From assembly GCA_965224705.1 (NCBI GenBank), contig OZ245056.1:416001-480000 (forward strand): DNA of 64,000 nucleotides, in the 5' to 3' direction. A model generated the notes under the pieces. The model was not told the DNA's origin, ran no database searches, and saw only the letters and a program-made list of their open reading frames with translations. Positions 41,804-52,125 of this stretch are shown one piece after another. The first letter of the stretch is position 1; each line of letters starts with the position of its first letter. A program made the position numbers and the translations under genes. Source of the DNA: Spirochaetaceae bacterium (GTDB lineage Bacteria > Spirochaetota > Spirochaetia > DSM-2461).

Positions 41804-44709
41804 GAATTAAATTGATCTGGATTACCATCATCGCTGCTGCTTCGGCCGGATTAGTTGATGTGGAATTCGGAAAAACTCAATCCGCCGCCCGGACATTCGT
41901 CATAGTCACCAGATATCATGGAATTAATGCATCCGAAATTGAACGGATTATAACCAATAAACTTGAGAATACGATTGCAGAGCTGCCCGGTATCAAAAGC
42001 ATGCACAGTTCCAGTGAGTTCTCCCAGTCCCGTGTGAGTATCACTCTGGACAGCCATGCTTCTCCCGATGACTTTTACCTCCTCCTCCGGGATCGTGTAG
42101 ACCGAGTCGGTGCTCAATGGCCTGATTCGGTTCAACGGCCTCAGATCCATTCATTCTCGGGAAGGGATCAACCAATCTTCATCGCTGCCTTCTCCACCTC
42201 TCAAGACAGGCTTCCCATGCTTGGAAACACGGTTGAAAAAGATATAAAACTTCGCATAGCCCGTGTGGATGGGGTTGGTGAGGTGAATACAGGCGGCGGC
42301 GGAATCCAGGAGATACATGTTGAACTCGAACCCGACAAATCTTCCCATGTAGGACTCACCCCCGGCAGTGTTGGAAAGGTATTGCAAGATCAGCACATCA
42401 GACTACCCATCGGTTTTTTGGAAGAAAACAACCGGGAGACAGAACTTTTGATCAATGGTCAATTCAAGGATCTGAAGGCGGTAGAGAATCTGCTGCTTCA
42501 TACCGGGAAAACAGACCGGATACCCCTGAACAGCACAGCCGATGTGCATTATGACTTCAGAAAACCGGAGGACATAAGCCGTCTGGATGGCCGGGAAATG
42601 GTAACTCTGTATGTTCATGCAGCAGGTGATGCCAACATAGTTCAGGTTGCTGGAGATCTGAGAGATGAAATCGCTCGTCTCAAGGCTGAGGGCTATTCCA
42701 TCAACACAGTTTTCGACCTTGGCTCCCGGATGGAGAAGTCTATTGGAAATGTCCTCATTTCAGTTTTTACAGGCATGGCCTCCATCGCTGTTTTTCTTTT
42801 TTTAGCCCTGCCATCTCCCGGAATCATACTGCACCTGACGCTTTCCCTGGCCCTGATTGATATTTTTACAATCAGCCTGCTGTCAGCACTCAGTATTCCA
42901 ATTGATCAGGCCATACTGGCCGGAATGGCCGTAGGGACGGGTATGATGATTGACGGGGGCCTGGTGATAACCGAAGCTATTCAAAGACGCGGCTACAGCT
43001 TCAGAACAACAGCTCCACCCCTTATTGCTTCCACAACTACAACCCTCATCGTTTTCATACCCTTGATACGTTCGGCCAGTTCAAGCCCCGCCATCGTCTC
43101 ACTCTCCCTCGCAATCATTTTTCTCCTGGTGTTTTCCCTTTTTTACTACCTCACTTTTTTACCCCGTTTCCTATCAGTTCCGGAGAAGAATTCAATAACT
43201 GAACATAGAATTATGAAGCCGCCCCGGAAACTCATCGTGTGGTGCACACACCATCCATGGGCTGTACTTGGCACATCATCTGCCATATTCACAGCATCTC
43301 TTGGGTGCAGCTTCATCCTTCCGAGGGATATAGATCAAAATCACGAGCCAGGGACCCTGTTCGCCCAACTTGAAATGGAAAGCGGAGCTGCCCTATCATC
43401 AGTGGATGAACGAAATTCTGCCGTGGTACAGGTATTAACCCGGCAGGGAACGGGTATACTCTCTGTGGAAAGTCGAGCCAGGGTGGGACAGGGTCAACTC
43501 ACCATCCGCTATGATCCAGAAATTACCAGCCCCATGGACATCACTCTTAGACTGGAAGAGGCAGCGGCAGGAGTACCCGGTGTGTTTGCATATATTCCCG
43601 ACGGAGCTGCCATGGAAGGGACACAGGTTAAGTTTTCCCTGTCTGGACCGGATAATGGATTTCTTCGAAAACTGGCCATGGAGATCGCCGACAACTCCCT
43701 GACTCTTCCCTGGGTCAGCAGCTGCGTTCTCCATTTCAAAGAAGATCCTCCATCCTATGTATTCGTTCCGGATACCGAAATACTCCAGCAGAGGCTGCTT
43801 AATACCCGCGACATTGCCAATTTCCTTCAATGGGGCATTCAGGGGCCAGTTGCTTTGAAATGGATCCAGAACGGGCAGGAGAGGGATCTTCGAGTATTTC
43901 TCAGCCGTCAGAACATCGAGAATCTCTCAAATCTTCATGATTTGACCCTGAACACCGGGAGTGGCGAGCGTGTCAAACTGGATCAACTTGGAAAATGGCA
44001 GTTATCAAAAGAGCCTTCCACGATTACCCATGTCAACAGACAGCGGGCGGTAGATTTCTCGCTGATCACGAATAAGTCCAACCTTACAGAGGTGCTGGCA
44101 CTGGCGGAGGATTTCATCATGGAAACACCTCTTCCATCGGGTTATGGGCTTTTTCATGACAGAAGTCTTGAAGAAAAACTCGGCGAGTACAGGTCTCTGG
44201 GGTTCAGTTTGATTCTCTCTCTCATGCTTATTTTTGCGGTTCTGAGCATACAAAGTGAATCCCTGCGGGATCCATTGATTGAGCTTTCCATCCTTCCCAT
44301 CAGTCTGTCCCTTCCCATCATTATCTACACTCTGACCGGGCAGACCCTGAGAAGTTCCACATTGATTGGGCTCATTCTCCTGAGCGGCATGTCGGTGAAC
44401 AACAGCATTCTCATTCTATCCTGTTTCAGAACATCCCCTGATTCTGGTATCAATGCCATTGTTAGAGCTGTCTGCCAGCGCTACAGGAGCCTGATTCTCA
44501 CGACCGGAACCACTCTTCTGGGAACTTTACCCCTCCTGCTGTTCCCCGGAGACGGAAACTATTTCACAAAGGATATGGCCCTGATACTCGCTTTGGGTCT
44601 GGTCGGCTCATTCTCAGCTTCCCTGACCTGCTATCCAGCTCTCCTGACTCTTTTTGAATCAAAATGCAAGTTCATTCCCCAGGATGGGTTGCTTATCCGT
44701 ACCAAGTAA
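41800..44709 (+). CDS. Second, divergent RND permease
   Basis: ATGA coupling at 41800; EIERIITNKLE, VDGVGEV, GMMIDGGLVITE, GMSVNNSILI. Confidence 0.85.
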   Translation: MRIKLIWITIIAAASAGLVDVEFGKTQSAARTFVIVTRYHGINASEIERIITNKLENTIAELPGIKSMHSSSEFSQSRVSITLDSHASPDDFYLLLRDRVDRVGAQWPDSVQRPQIHSFSGRDQPIFIAAFSTSQDRLPMLGNTVEKDIKLRIARVDGVGEVNTGGGGIQEIHVELEPDKSSHVGLTPGSVGKVLQDQHIRLPIGFLEENNRETELLINGQFKDLKAVENLLLHTGKTDRIPLNSTADVHYDFRKPEDISRLDGREMVTLYVHAAGDANIVQVAGDLRDEIARLKAEGYSINTVFDLGSRMEKSIGNVLISVFTGMASIAVFLFLALPSPGIILHLTLSLALIDIFTISLLSALSIPIDQAILAGMAVGTGMMIDGGLVITEAIQRRGYSFRTTAPPLIASTTTTLIVFIPLIRSASSSPAIVSLSLAIIFLLVFSLFYYLTFLPRFLSVPEKNSITEHRIMKPPRKLIVWCTHHPWAVLGTSSAIFTASLGCSFILPRDIDQNHEPGTLFAQLEMESGAALSSVDERNSAVVQVLTRQGTGILSVESRARVGQGQLTIRYDPEITSPMDITLRLEEAAAGVPGVFAYIPDGAAMEGTQVKFSLSGPDNGFLRKLAMEIADNSLTLPWVSSCVLHFKEDPPSYVFVPDTEILQQRLLNTRDIANFLQWGIQGPVALKWIQNGQERDLRVFLSRQNIENLSNLHDLTLNTGSGERVKLDQLGKWQLSKEPSTITHVNRQRAVDFSLITNKSNLTEVLALAEDFIMETPLPSGYGLFHDRSLEEKLGEYRSLGFSLILSLMLIFAVLSIQSESLRDPLIELSILPISLSLPIIIYTLTGQTLRSSTLIGLILLSGMSVNNSILILSCFRTSPDSGINAIVRAVCQRYRSLILTTGTTLLGTLPLLLFPGDGNYFTKDMALILALGLVGSFSASLTCYPALLTLFESKCKFIPQDGLLIRTK

Positions 44710-45492
44710 TGAGTTTTCCATCCAGATAACCATTGAATAAAGTCGTTTATAAAAAGCTGAGAATGGATCCATGAGTTTGAAAACAAAATTCTTATTGGCC
44801 AGTTTCACTCCACAGTATCCATACACTAAATAACCTTGATCCGTGGGCAGCAGAACAATGTGGATGGAGAGATTGTTCCTGTCAACGATTTTAATAAATG
44901 CGCGCAGAGTTGTGACATTTCTAACCGAGAAACCAAGATTCTCACCATCGTAAACATACTGAGCCTCATAGTAGCCGGATCCCAGAACCACTTCTTTCAT
45001 GTAAATAAGGATACTGTCGAAAAGTGGAATTTTGTCCACAATGGGATCATCCTGTGGTTTCCTATTCTGAAGACTCTCTACCCGGTACACATCTTCAAAC
45101 AAAGGAACGATGGCTTTTTTTCTGGCCGAAGGATAAACCACTTCGGAAATCCTGCTCACCCGCCTGGTGATGTTGTAGAGATTGAGATCTATGTCTCTAA
45201 CTCCCTGAGGATAGGGTATGAGGTAGAGTCCCTCCACCATCACATCCGGCTGCAGTTTCCGGTTCGACTGCCTGATAACATCGATGGAATGGTGATCTGG
45301 GGCCAGTTTTAATCCAATACCGGATCGATCATAACGAAATGCAATGGAATCGGATTCCAGAGCAGAACGGGCCGTCCCGGGCAGATTGGCCAGCAGGGAA
45401 TCTCTGTCCAGCTGCTTTGCCGTTAGAGGGAAGATCAACCAGAGAGAAAGAAGAACGAAACTGATACGAAACCCAGATACTACACCGTTCAT
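44659..45492 (-). CDS. Exported hypothetical protein (spirochaete DUF6675-like)
   Basis: Signal peptide; VEGLYLIP, YPSARKK, GYLVYG; family recalled from memory only. Confidence 0.5.
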   Translation of the reverse strand: MNGVVSGFRISFVLLSLWLIFPLTAKQLDRDSLLANLPGTARSALESDSIAFRYDRSGIGLKLAPDHHSIDVIRQSNRKLQPDVMVEGLYLIPYPQGVRDIDLNLYNITRRVSRISEVVYPSARKKAIVPLFEDVYRVESLQNRKPQDDPIVDKIPLFDSILIYMKEVVLGSGYYEAQYVYDGENLGFSVRNVTTLRAFIKIVDRNNLSIHIVLLPTDQGYLVYGYCGVKLANKNFVFKLMDPFSAFYKRLYSMVIWMENSLLGTDKQPILGNELAF

Positions 45493-45569
45493 TATATGTT
45501 TCTATCCCGACTCATGACATCAATGCAAGCACCTGTTGCACTGAAAGATACAATAAGTTACTCTCACTT

Positions 45570-46166
45570 ATGCAGATAACAGATACCTGTTGCTTACAAA
45601 ACTGTCTTGAACCAGCCTGGACGGACAGTGATTTCTGCCATGCTCATCATCCGGAAAAAGAAGAATACATCAATACTGTCCGAAAAACCATTCTCAAGAG
45701 GAAAACCCTGTCCGGCTGTAATTTCAAGAATATGGATCTGTCCGGTCTGGATCTTACAAACAAAGATTTCTGGCATTGCAGTTTCAGTCAATGCCGCTTC
45801 GACAGGTCGGATTTCAGTGAATCTCAATTCTACATGTGCATGCTGGATGAAATTCAGGCCATGAACTGTCAGTTCACTTCCATCAAGATGCTGAGCACAG
45901 TAGCCGCAGGGAGCAATTTCTCCTACAGTGATTTCACCGGTTCTGATCTGATCAATATCAATTTCAATGGAATACTGGGCGATTCATCCATCTTCAATGA
46001 ATCCGATTTGTACTGCAGCCGTTTCATTGGAGCCAGTTTGAAGAATACTCAGTTCTGCGGCTGCAATCTGGTCAGGGTGGATTTCATTGATTCCAATCTG
46101 GAAAACGCTGTTCTCACCGATTCAAATCCAGAAGATGCCTTCATCATGCCGGGGGATGTAGATTGA
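45570..46166 (+). CDS. Pentapeptide repeat protein
   Basis: (S/C/A)-(D/N/Q)-F-x-x repeats; N-terminal Cys/His cluster. Confidence 0.88.
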   Translation: MQITDTCCLQNCLEPAWTDSDFCHAHHPEKEEYINTVRKTILKRKTLSGCNFKNMDLSGLDLTNKDFWHCSFSQCRFDRSDFSESQFYMCMLDEIQAMNCQFTSIKMLSTVAAGSNFSYSDFTGSDLININFNGILGDSSIFNESDLYCSRFIGASLKNTQFCGCNLVRVDFIDSNLENAVLTDSNPEDAFIMPGDVD

Positions 46167-46729
46167 AACTTGTCAGTTATTTTCATGAGGCAGGAATCAG
46201 CAATACCTATATCATCGGGCCTGTTGATGGGGGTTCGGCCATATTAATCGATCCAGGACGATTCAGCGAGCCATTATTCGAACTCATTGAGGAAAATCAT
46301 TTCGATATTAAAGGGGTACTGATAACCCATACACATAGCAGCCATGCCGGCGGACTGCGAACGCTGCTCAAAATTTACAGGGCTGTCATTGTTGCCGGCA
46401 GCACCTCTGTGACCGGTTTTCAATCTCTGCCGGCTGATTACGGCTCAAGGAAAACAATCGACTGTTTTGAATATGAAGTTCTCCCTGCCAGGGGCTATTC
46501 AGAGGATAGCCGGATATACAGGATCAATTCCTACATATTCACGGGAGATATGATATTTGCCGGCAGGATTGGCTGCGTTAAAAATACCAGCGAACTGATA
46601 AACCTCCGCCAGTCATTGAAGGAGAATCTGCTCACTCTGAATGATGATTTCCTGCTGCTTCCCGGTCATGGACCGCCATCAACTATCAGAGCTGAACGGA
46701 AGTATAATCCTGATTTTGGCAGGGATTGA
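46163..46729 (+). CDS. MBL-fold metallohydrolase (glyoxalase II-like)
   Basis: LIDPG, THTHSSH, FTGD, LPGHG. Confidence 0.8.
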   Translation: MKLVSYFHEAGISNTYIIGPVDGGSAILIDPGRFSEPLFELIEENHFDIKGVLITHTHSSHAGGLRTLLKIYRAVIVAGSTSVTGFQSLPADYGSRKTIDCFEYEVLPARGYSEDSRIYRINSYIFTGDMIFAGRIGCVKNTSELINLRQSLKENLLTLNDDFLLLPGHGPPSTIRAERKYNPDFGRD

Positions 46730-46800
46730 TTGCCGGAAGAATGGCAGTCCGGGCCTGTCAATCTCCCGTTTGTACTGTCACTCCCGAGAGTTATCATGAT

Positions 46801-47433
46801 CTATTGATTCGCCGGATTCTCCACCCTTTTCATTGGAGCCTCTTCCTCCACTTCAGCGATCAGGGAAGTCATGACTTCTTCATCAATTTCAAGTTCTTCT
46901 GAATGGGACTTGAGCACACCCTCTGCGGCATCCACCGAATTGTAAATCGGCATTCGAGCAAGCTTCCATGTAATTCCATCCGAGGCATTATACTCATCAA
47001 TAATCTCTCCATCCCATTCAGCAACATCCTCTATGTATCCCCGAAGAGAAGCAGAAATCCTGTCTTTCACCTCAGATTCAGCGATGGATGGCTCAATCAC
47101 GACACTGTTTAAGCGAGAGTGTAACTGCCATACGGCATCAGAGACAGCTTTCTGATCCGCTGCATCTGAATCCGTATCACTGCCAATCCCGAAAATCATT
47201 CCCTCCTCCAGAGGAGGATTACGAACCCATTCCGGTAAATCAGGTTCCGGTTCAACAACTTCCTCCTGGACTGGAGGATCAGGAACAACCTCCTCCTGGA
47301 CTGGAGGATCAGGAACAGCCTCCTCCTGGACTGGAGGATCAGGAACAGTCTCCAGTTCGGGAGCTGCTTCTGTTGAAGCACAAGCTGTCAAAAGAACGGT
47401 TACAACAATTATGCATATAGATTTATTCTTCAT
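46801..47433 (-). CDS. LPP20-like lipoprotein with Pro/Glu-rich tether
   Basis: Lipobox LLTAC; PEWV...FGIG LPP20-type motif. Confidence 0.7.
   Translation of the reverse strand: MKNKSICIIVVTVLLTACASTEAAPELETVPDPPVQEEAVPDPPVQEEVVPDPPVQEEVVEPEPDLPEWVRNPPLEEGMIFGIGSDTDSDAADQKAVSDAVWQLHSRLNSVVIEPSIAESEVKDRISASLRGYIEDVAEWDGEIIDEYNASDGITWKLARMPIYNSVDAAEGVLKSHSEELEIDEEVMTSLIAEVEEEAPMKRVENPANQ
47261..47350. repeat. 3 x 30-bp coding tandem repeat (PDPPVQEE[A/V]V)
   Basis: Unit tcctcctggactggaggatcaggaacaRYc at 47261, 47291, 47321. Confidence 0.95.
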
Positions 47434-48326
47434 AGTTCCAACACCACCTGAATTTCTACCCGCCGGTTGAGACTGCGCCCTTCCAGAGTTCTGGTATCAC
47501 CCAGTAAGACACTGCCTCCCAGTCCATGAACCCTGTCAATCTCTAAACCAACTCTGCGGAGAATGTCTGCCATCGTTTTGGCACGGGAGAAGGAAATGCG
47601 GTAAAGGATATCATCCTCCCCTTTTATTCCCGTAGGATTAGCATGGCCCGAAACAACCACAGATTCATAATCAAAATCACTGATTTCATCCACCAGGATG
47701 ACACCCAATGCATTCAGGCTCTGCTCCTGACTCTCTGTCAGATTTGTTCTATTGGCCGCAAAATTGAGAATCTGAATCGTCAGTACATTTCTCTTCAGAG
47801 AAACGGATAGGTCGCTTCCATAGTTTCCTGCAACAGCATCATACAACACTCTTTCCAATCGTGCCGCCCGAATCATGGCACCCTCATCAAAATGATTGAT
47901 TACCGTTTTCGGATCAACGGAGTGATTCTCCCGGAATCGTTTTACGGCTGTTTGAGCAATGATCAGAGCAGAACTTTCAGGATATCGAACAAGAGCATAG
48001 TTCAAACCATCGGTTTCATAGCGGTCTTCCACTTCTGCAGTTCTGAGTTTCACATCGTCAAAGAAGGATGCAATCATACCATCAACAACTTTTATTCCCG
48101 CATAGCCAATATTTTCCGACCTGATCAATCCGATCACCTGAGAACTCAACTGCAAACGTATTTCTTCCCTGCCTGAGATTTCAGCATCCTCCTGTGTAAT
48201 CCCTTTACCCCGTCCATAAAAAAAACTATTGGAACGAAGCCTTCTGGATAACCATTCAGGATCTTGAGCACTCAATGAGCTCAGGCTGAAGAGTACAACT
48301 ATTCCTACTGTAATTCTCTTATTCAT
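47430..48326 (-). CDS. Exported LPP20-like + OmpA-like domain protein
   Basis: Signal peptide, PEWL..FYGRG, SGHANP, SFSRA, NRRVEI. Confidence 0.75.
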   Translation of the reverse strand: MNKRITVGIVVLFSLSSLSAQDPEWLSRRLRSNSFFYGRGKGITQEDAEISGREEIRLQLSSQVIGLIRSENIGYAGIKVVDGMIASFFDDVKLRTAEVEDRYETDGLNYALVRYPESSALIIAQTAVKRFRENHSVDPKTVINHFDEGAMIRAARLERVLYDAVAGNYGSDLSVSLKRNVLTIQILNFAANRTNLTESQEQSLNALGVILVDEISDFDYESVVVSGHANPTGIKGEDDILYRISFSRAKTMADILRRVGLEIDRVHGLGGSVLLGDTRTLEGRSLNRRVEIQVVLEL

Positions 48327-48361
48327 ATTTCTCCTGTTTCCTGGGAGTCTAACATGGTATT

Positions 48362-50455
48362 TCAGAACTTGTGAACAGTATTGTCAGCTAATTCGAATGA
48401 AATAATGAATTTCAATTCGGTCCGGGACGATGATTCCATATTGTTAATATGAACCTGGAGATTCCTGGAGTCAGAACTCCCTGTACAGGTAAAATTCAAC
48501 AGACTGTTTTCTGCATGGAACATAACAGAATTGCCACCATCGGAAAACTTCATCCATCTTACCCCAATTTGCCTGCGGCTTTCATCAGGGCTGAAATCAC
48601 CTGTATTCATCGAATACACTTCTACAAGGGCACTTTTCTGTTCAGTGGAGCTGATAGTAGATGGACCACTGCCATACCACGACAGATACTGGTACCGCTG
48701 ACGGAGACCGAAACTCACACCGGAACTTTTATTTGAAAAGAGTACTCGGCCATCTGCCAGATATCTCATATTCTGCTGCAAAACCCTGGAAGGACCCTTG
48801 ATTTTACATTGCAACTCCAGATCATCGCCATAATTCTTAACTTTGTACCTGGTCAGTTTCAAATCCTGCCTCATATCTTCACCAGGAACAATGCCCATAG
48901 TCAGCATGTTTTCAACCCCAAAGTCCACCGTTTCCAGCACTCCGTTGACAAGGTTGATGCGCATACCAACTTTTTTCCGAACAAGTAATAAGCTGTTGCC
49001 AGAAATCCTGTGCTGCCAGGGACAGATCTGAGGTTCATCCACTATGTCTTCGGTAGAACTCAGGGGATCAGGAATGATTGTATCTGAATTACTTATTCTG
49101 GGGTAGGCTAAACGTATCAGTGAAGTTTCCGGAACAGGCATCTGCATTCTGGCGATTTCATAACCAGAATTACCCCATACATTTTCTTCCTTCAAACAAA
49201 GAAACAGAGTAATGAAGCCCTCCCCCTTCCCTGGGAAAGCACCAATTTCCCTGAAAAGAGCAATTTTCTGCTCATTGCCCGGGGCAATTGTCGGTTGACG
49301 CACCTGTCCACTGGCGACGATGTTTCCAACACGCTGTAAATTCCAATTAATCTCATAACCTGACAGGTCAATAAAATAATGTCGATTCTTCAGCAGAATT
49401 GAGCCATTTTCAAGATCTAAGGGCTGAGCGGAAATTGGTGAAAATACAGCTTTCAATTCATCTGTTTCAGATGTTCTCCTCAGTGGGTCAGCAAAATTTC
49501 TGAACAGAATACCAGCGATATTGAGCCGCTCATTCACCTGTTCCATCAGATTGCCAACTCCTTTCCTCAAAGTTTCGGCTTCAATCCACAGGAGTACCGG
49601 TGCGGCATTGATTTTCTGCGGCGGATGATCTGAATAAAAAACAATGTCTGATACCAGACCTTCATCATCACCCTGAAAATGAATGAACCGGCTGACATCA
49701 TATTCATTGACCGCCTTTTTCATCTCCAGATAAGAATTTTCATCTCTTTTTTCGCTCTGAATTGACCATACAATGACTGATGGATGATTTCTAAAACTGC
49801 AAATCATTGATTCAAGCCGTTCATATTCGACCTCAACGAAAAGATACATCCCGACCCTGTCCGCCGCTTCAAGGATGTCATCGGTAAGGGAATCATCCGT
49901 ACAATAAATGGTGTCGACATTGAGTTGTTTGAGAGAACACAACGATTGACTGTCCGTGAAATCGAAATTGACCTGATTAACCCCTTTAAGCTTGACAGGT
50001 TGACCATTTAATGTGAGCTTTCCTCCCCGCTCCCCAAAGAGAATATCAAATTGACGGAAACCCCAGGCCATTGATTTCACATCAACAACATTTCCATCCA
50101 TGTCGACTGCTTCAATCCTCAAGCTGTAGAGGAATGGTGACTCGGCACTCCATAGATGTGGTTCAACAATTGTAACCTCGCTGTATGATACGGGGTTTGA
50201 TCTGCCATCAAATGTAATACTCTCGGGAGAGCTTGATGCAATAATATCAGGCTTTCCGGGCTCGGAGAGATACCATCTCACTGTGAGGGAAGTATTCTCA
50301 TCCATGTTTGATCCATCAAGCCTTATATCAACTGAGAGCAGGGCATCCTGATACGCTCCATCCAGTTGACATGCTGCCGCAACATCTGAAATACAACCAG
50401 CAGAAGATTTCTGATCCTCACCGATGATGCTTATATTTTTGTTTTCTTCAACCAT
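48362..50455 (-). CDS. Degenerate GH2 beta-galactosidase-like protein
   Basis: LWSAESPFLY, GFRQF, LKGVN, ADRVGMY, RNHPSVIVWS, NRHYFIDL, WYGSGP; catalytic motifs altered. Confidence 0.7.
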   Translation of the reverse strand: MVEENKNISIIGEDQKSSAGCISDVAAACQLDGAYQDALLSVDIRLDGSNMDENTSLTVRWYLSEPGKPDIIASSSPESITFDGRSNPVSYSEVTIVEPHLWSAESPFLYSLRIEAVDMDGNVVDVKSMAWGFRQFDILFGERGGKLTLNGQPVKLKGVNQVNFDFTDSQSLCSLKQLNVDTIYCTDDSLTDDILEAADRVGMYLFVEVEYERLESMICSFRNHPSVIVWSIQSEKRDENSYLEMKKAVNEYDVSRFIHFQGDDEGLVSDIVFYSDHPPQKINAAPVLLWIEAETLRKGVGNLMEQVNERLNIAGILFRNFADPLRRTSETDELKAVFSPISAQPLDLENGSILLKNRHYFIDLSGYEINWNLQRVGNIVASGQVRQPTIAPGNEQKIALFREIGAFPGKGEGFITLFLCLKEENVWGNSGYEIARMQMPVPETSLIRLAYPRISNSDTIIPDPLSSTEDIVDEPQICPWQHRISGNSLLLVRKKVGMRINLVNGVLETVDFGVENMLTMGIVPGEDMRQDLKLTRYKVKNYGDDLELQCKIKGPSRVLQQNMRYLADGRVLFSNKSSGVSFGLRQRYQYLSWYGSGPSTISSTEQKSALVEVYSMNTGDFSPDESRRQIGVRWMKFSDGGNSVMFHAENSLLNFTCTGSSDSRNLQVHINNMESSSRTELKFIISFELADNTVHKF

Positions 50456-50526
50456 ACTCTACTTTAGCATGAGCGGACTTGTAGAGGAAACAAGGAAATT
50501 CTAAACTGACAGCAATGGAGGTCATT

Positions 50527-52125
50527 ATGAAGCTGCAGTGGAAAAATCTCGATGAAGCAGAACACTACATCGAACTGATGGGAAAAAAACGGTTACCAAA
50601 CCTTTCAAAAGTCCTGAATGAAGATCGTGTCAGATCCTGGGCAATAACGGCGGGTGGAGGATTGGAATACTTTTATGGGGCCTCCCTGATGACAGAAGAG
50701 AGCATCGGAAGTCTTCAGGCATTGGCCGATGAGCAGCAACTCATTGAAAAGTATTCGATCCTTCTATCGGGAGAAAGAATCAATACCGGTGAGAATCGTC
50801 GTGTTCTGCACCATCTCACAAGGGGAGAACTCAGGGGCAGCATTGTCGATAACGGTCAGAACATCGGTCAGTTTTACCAGGAGCAGAATCTCCGCATAAA
50901 GAAATTCTGTGAAAAAGTTTTCTCCGGGAAAATCACCGGCTCAACCGGTAAAAAATTTGATACGGCTGTCCAGATTGGCATTGGCGGATCAGATCTTGGT
51001 CCCCGTGCACTTCACATTGCCCTCAGCGGGATTTGTTCGTCACGGCTTGAGGCCCGGTTTGTTTCCAATGTGGATCCCGATGATGCAGCTCGAATAATCG
51101 CCCTGATTAACCCGGAAACAACTCTGTTCATCCTTGTTTCGAAAAGCGGCCTCACCCAGGAAACTCTGGCCAACAGAGATATCCTGCTCAAACGGATGCA
51201 GGAACAGGGAATACCCGGTTTCGATGCTTCCCGGCATTTAGTTGCTGTTACCAGCCGTACAAGTCCATTGGCCGAATCGGATTCAGTCCTTGATTCTTTT
51301 TACATCGATGATAATATCGGCGGACGGTATTCCTCCACCAGTGCAGTGGGAGGAGTCATTCTATCTTTGAGTTTCGGATCCGATGTGTTTGAACAGATAC
51401 TTGCCGGTGCTCACGATGCCGATAAGGCAGCCGAAAAGAAGGATATTCGAAAAAATGCGGCCCTCATGGATGCCATGATCGGGATATACTATCGCAATGT
51501 ATTAAATCTTCCTACAGTTGCTGTACTGCCGTACAGTCAGGCCCTTTCACGATTCCCGGCCCACCTCCAGCAGCTGGATATGGAATCCAACGGCAAGAGT
51601 GTCAACCGATACGGTCAGGCAATCTCCTACCCGACTGGACCAATCGTATTCGGAGAACCGGGAACGAATGGCCAGCACTCATTCTACCAGCTTCTTCATC
51701 AGGGCACTGATATTGTGCCGCTGCAATTCATTGGATTCCGGGAGTCTCAATGCGGCGGGGATGTCGTCATGGATGGTTCTACAAGTCAATCCAAGTTGAA
51801 CGCCAATCTTGCGGCCCAGATAATTGCTTTTGCAAAAGGCAGAAAACATAAGAACGCCAACAAGAGTTTCGATGGTATGAGGCCGAGCAGTTTACTGGTT
51901 GCGGACAAACTGACCCCGAAAACCCTGGGGGCACTTCTTGCCCACTATGAAAACAAAGTCATGTTTCAGGGATTCTGCTGGAACATCAATTCCTTCGACC
52001 AGGAAGGTGTTCAGCTTGGTAAGATTCTAGCCAGTTCAGTACTGGATTCTTCGACAGAGGATGAAGCCCTGAAAACCTATGCCCGTATACTGGGACTTCA
52101 GTCACTGTTCATATCAATGGGTTGA
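50527..52125 (+). CDS. pgi: Glucose-6-phosphate isomerase
   Basis: GIGGSDLGP, SKSG, GGRYS, QQLDMESNGK, GQHSFYQ, FDQEGVQLGK. Confidence 0.97.
   Translation: MKLQWKNLDEAEHYIELMGKKRLPNLSKVLNEDRVRSWAITAGGGLEYFYGASLMTEESIGSLQALADEQQLIEKYSILLSGERINTGENRRVLHHLTRGELRGSIVDNGQNIGQFYQEQNLRIKKFCEKVFSGKITGSTGKKFDTAVQIGIGGSDLGPRALHIALSGICSSRLEARFVSNVDPDDAARIIALINPETTLFILVSKSGLTQETLANRDILLKRMQEQGIPGFDASRHLVAVTSRTSPLAESDSVLDSFYIDDNIGGRYSSTSAVGGVILSLSFGSDVFEQILAGAHDADKAAEKKDIRKNAALMDAMIGIYYRNVLNLPTVAVLPYSQALSRFPAHLQQLDMESNGKSVNRYGQAISYPTGPIVFGEPGTNGQHSFYQLLHQGTDIVPLQFIGFRESQCGGDVVMDGSTSQSKLNANLAAQIIAFAKGRKHKNANKSFDGMRPSSLLVADKLTPKTLGALLAHYENKVMFQGFCWNINSFDQEGVQLGKILASSVLDSSTEDEALKTYARILGLQSLFISMG

Noticed and set aside
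47261..47350. 30-bp palindromic repeats as a CRISPR array
   Set aside because: Units are contiguous with no spacers, lie in frame within a gene, and no cas genes are present.
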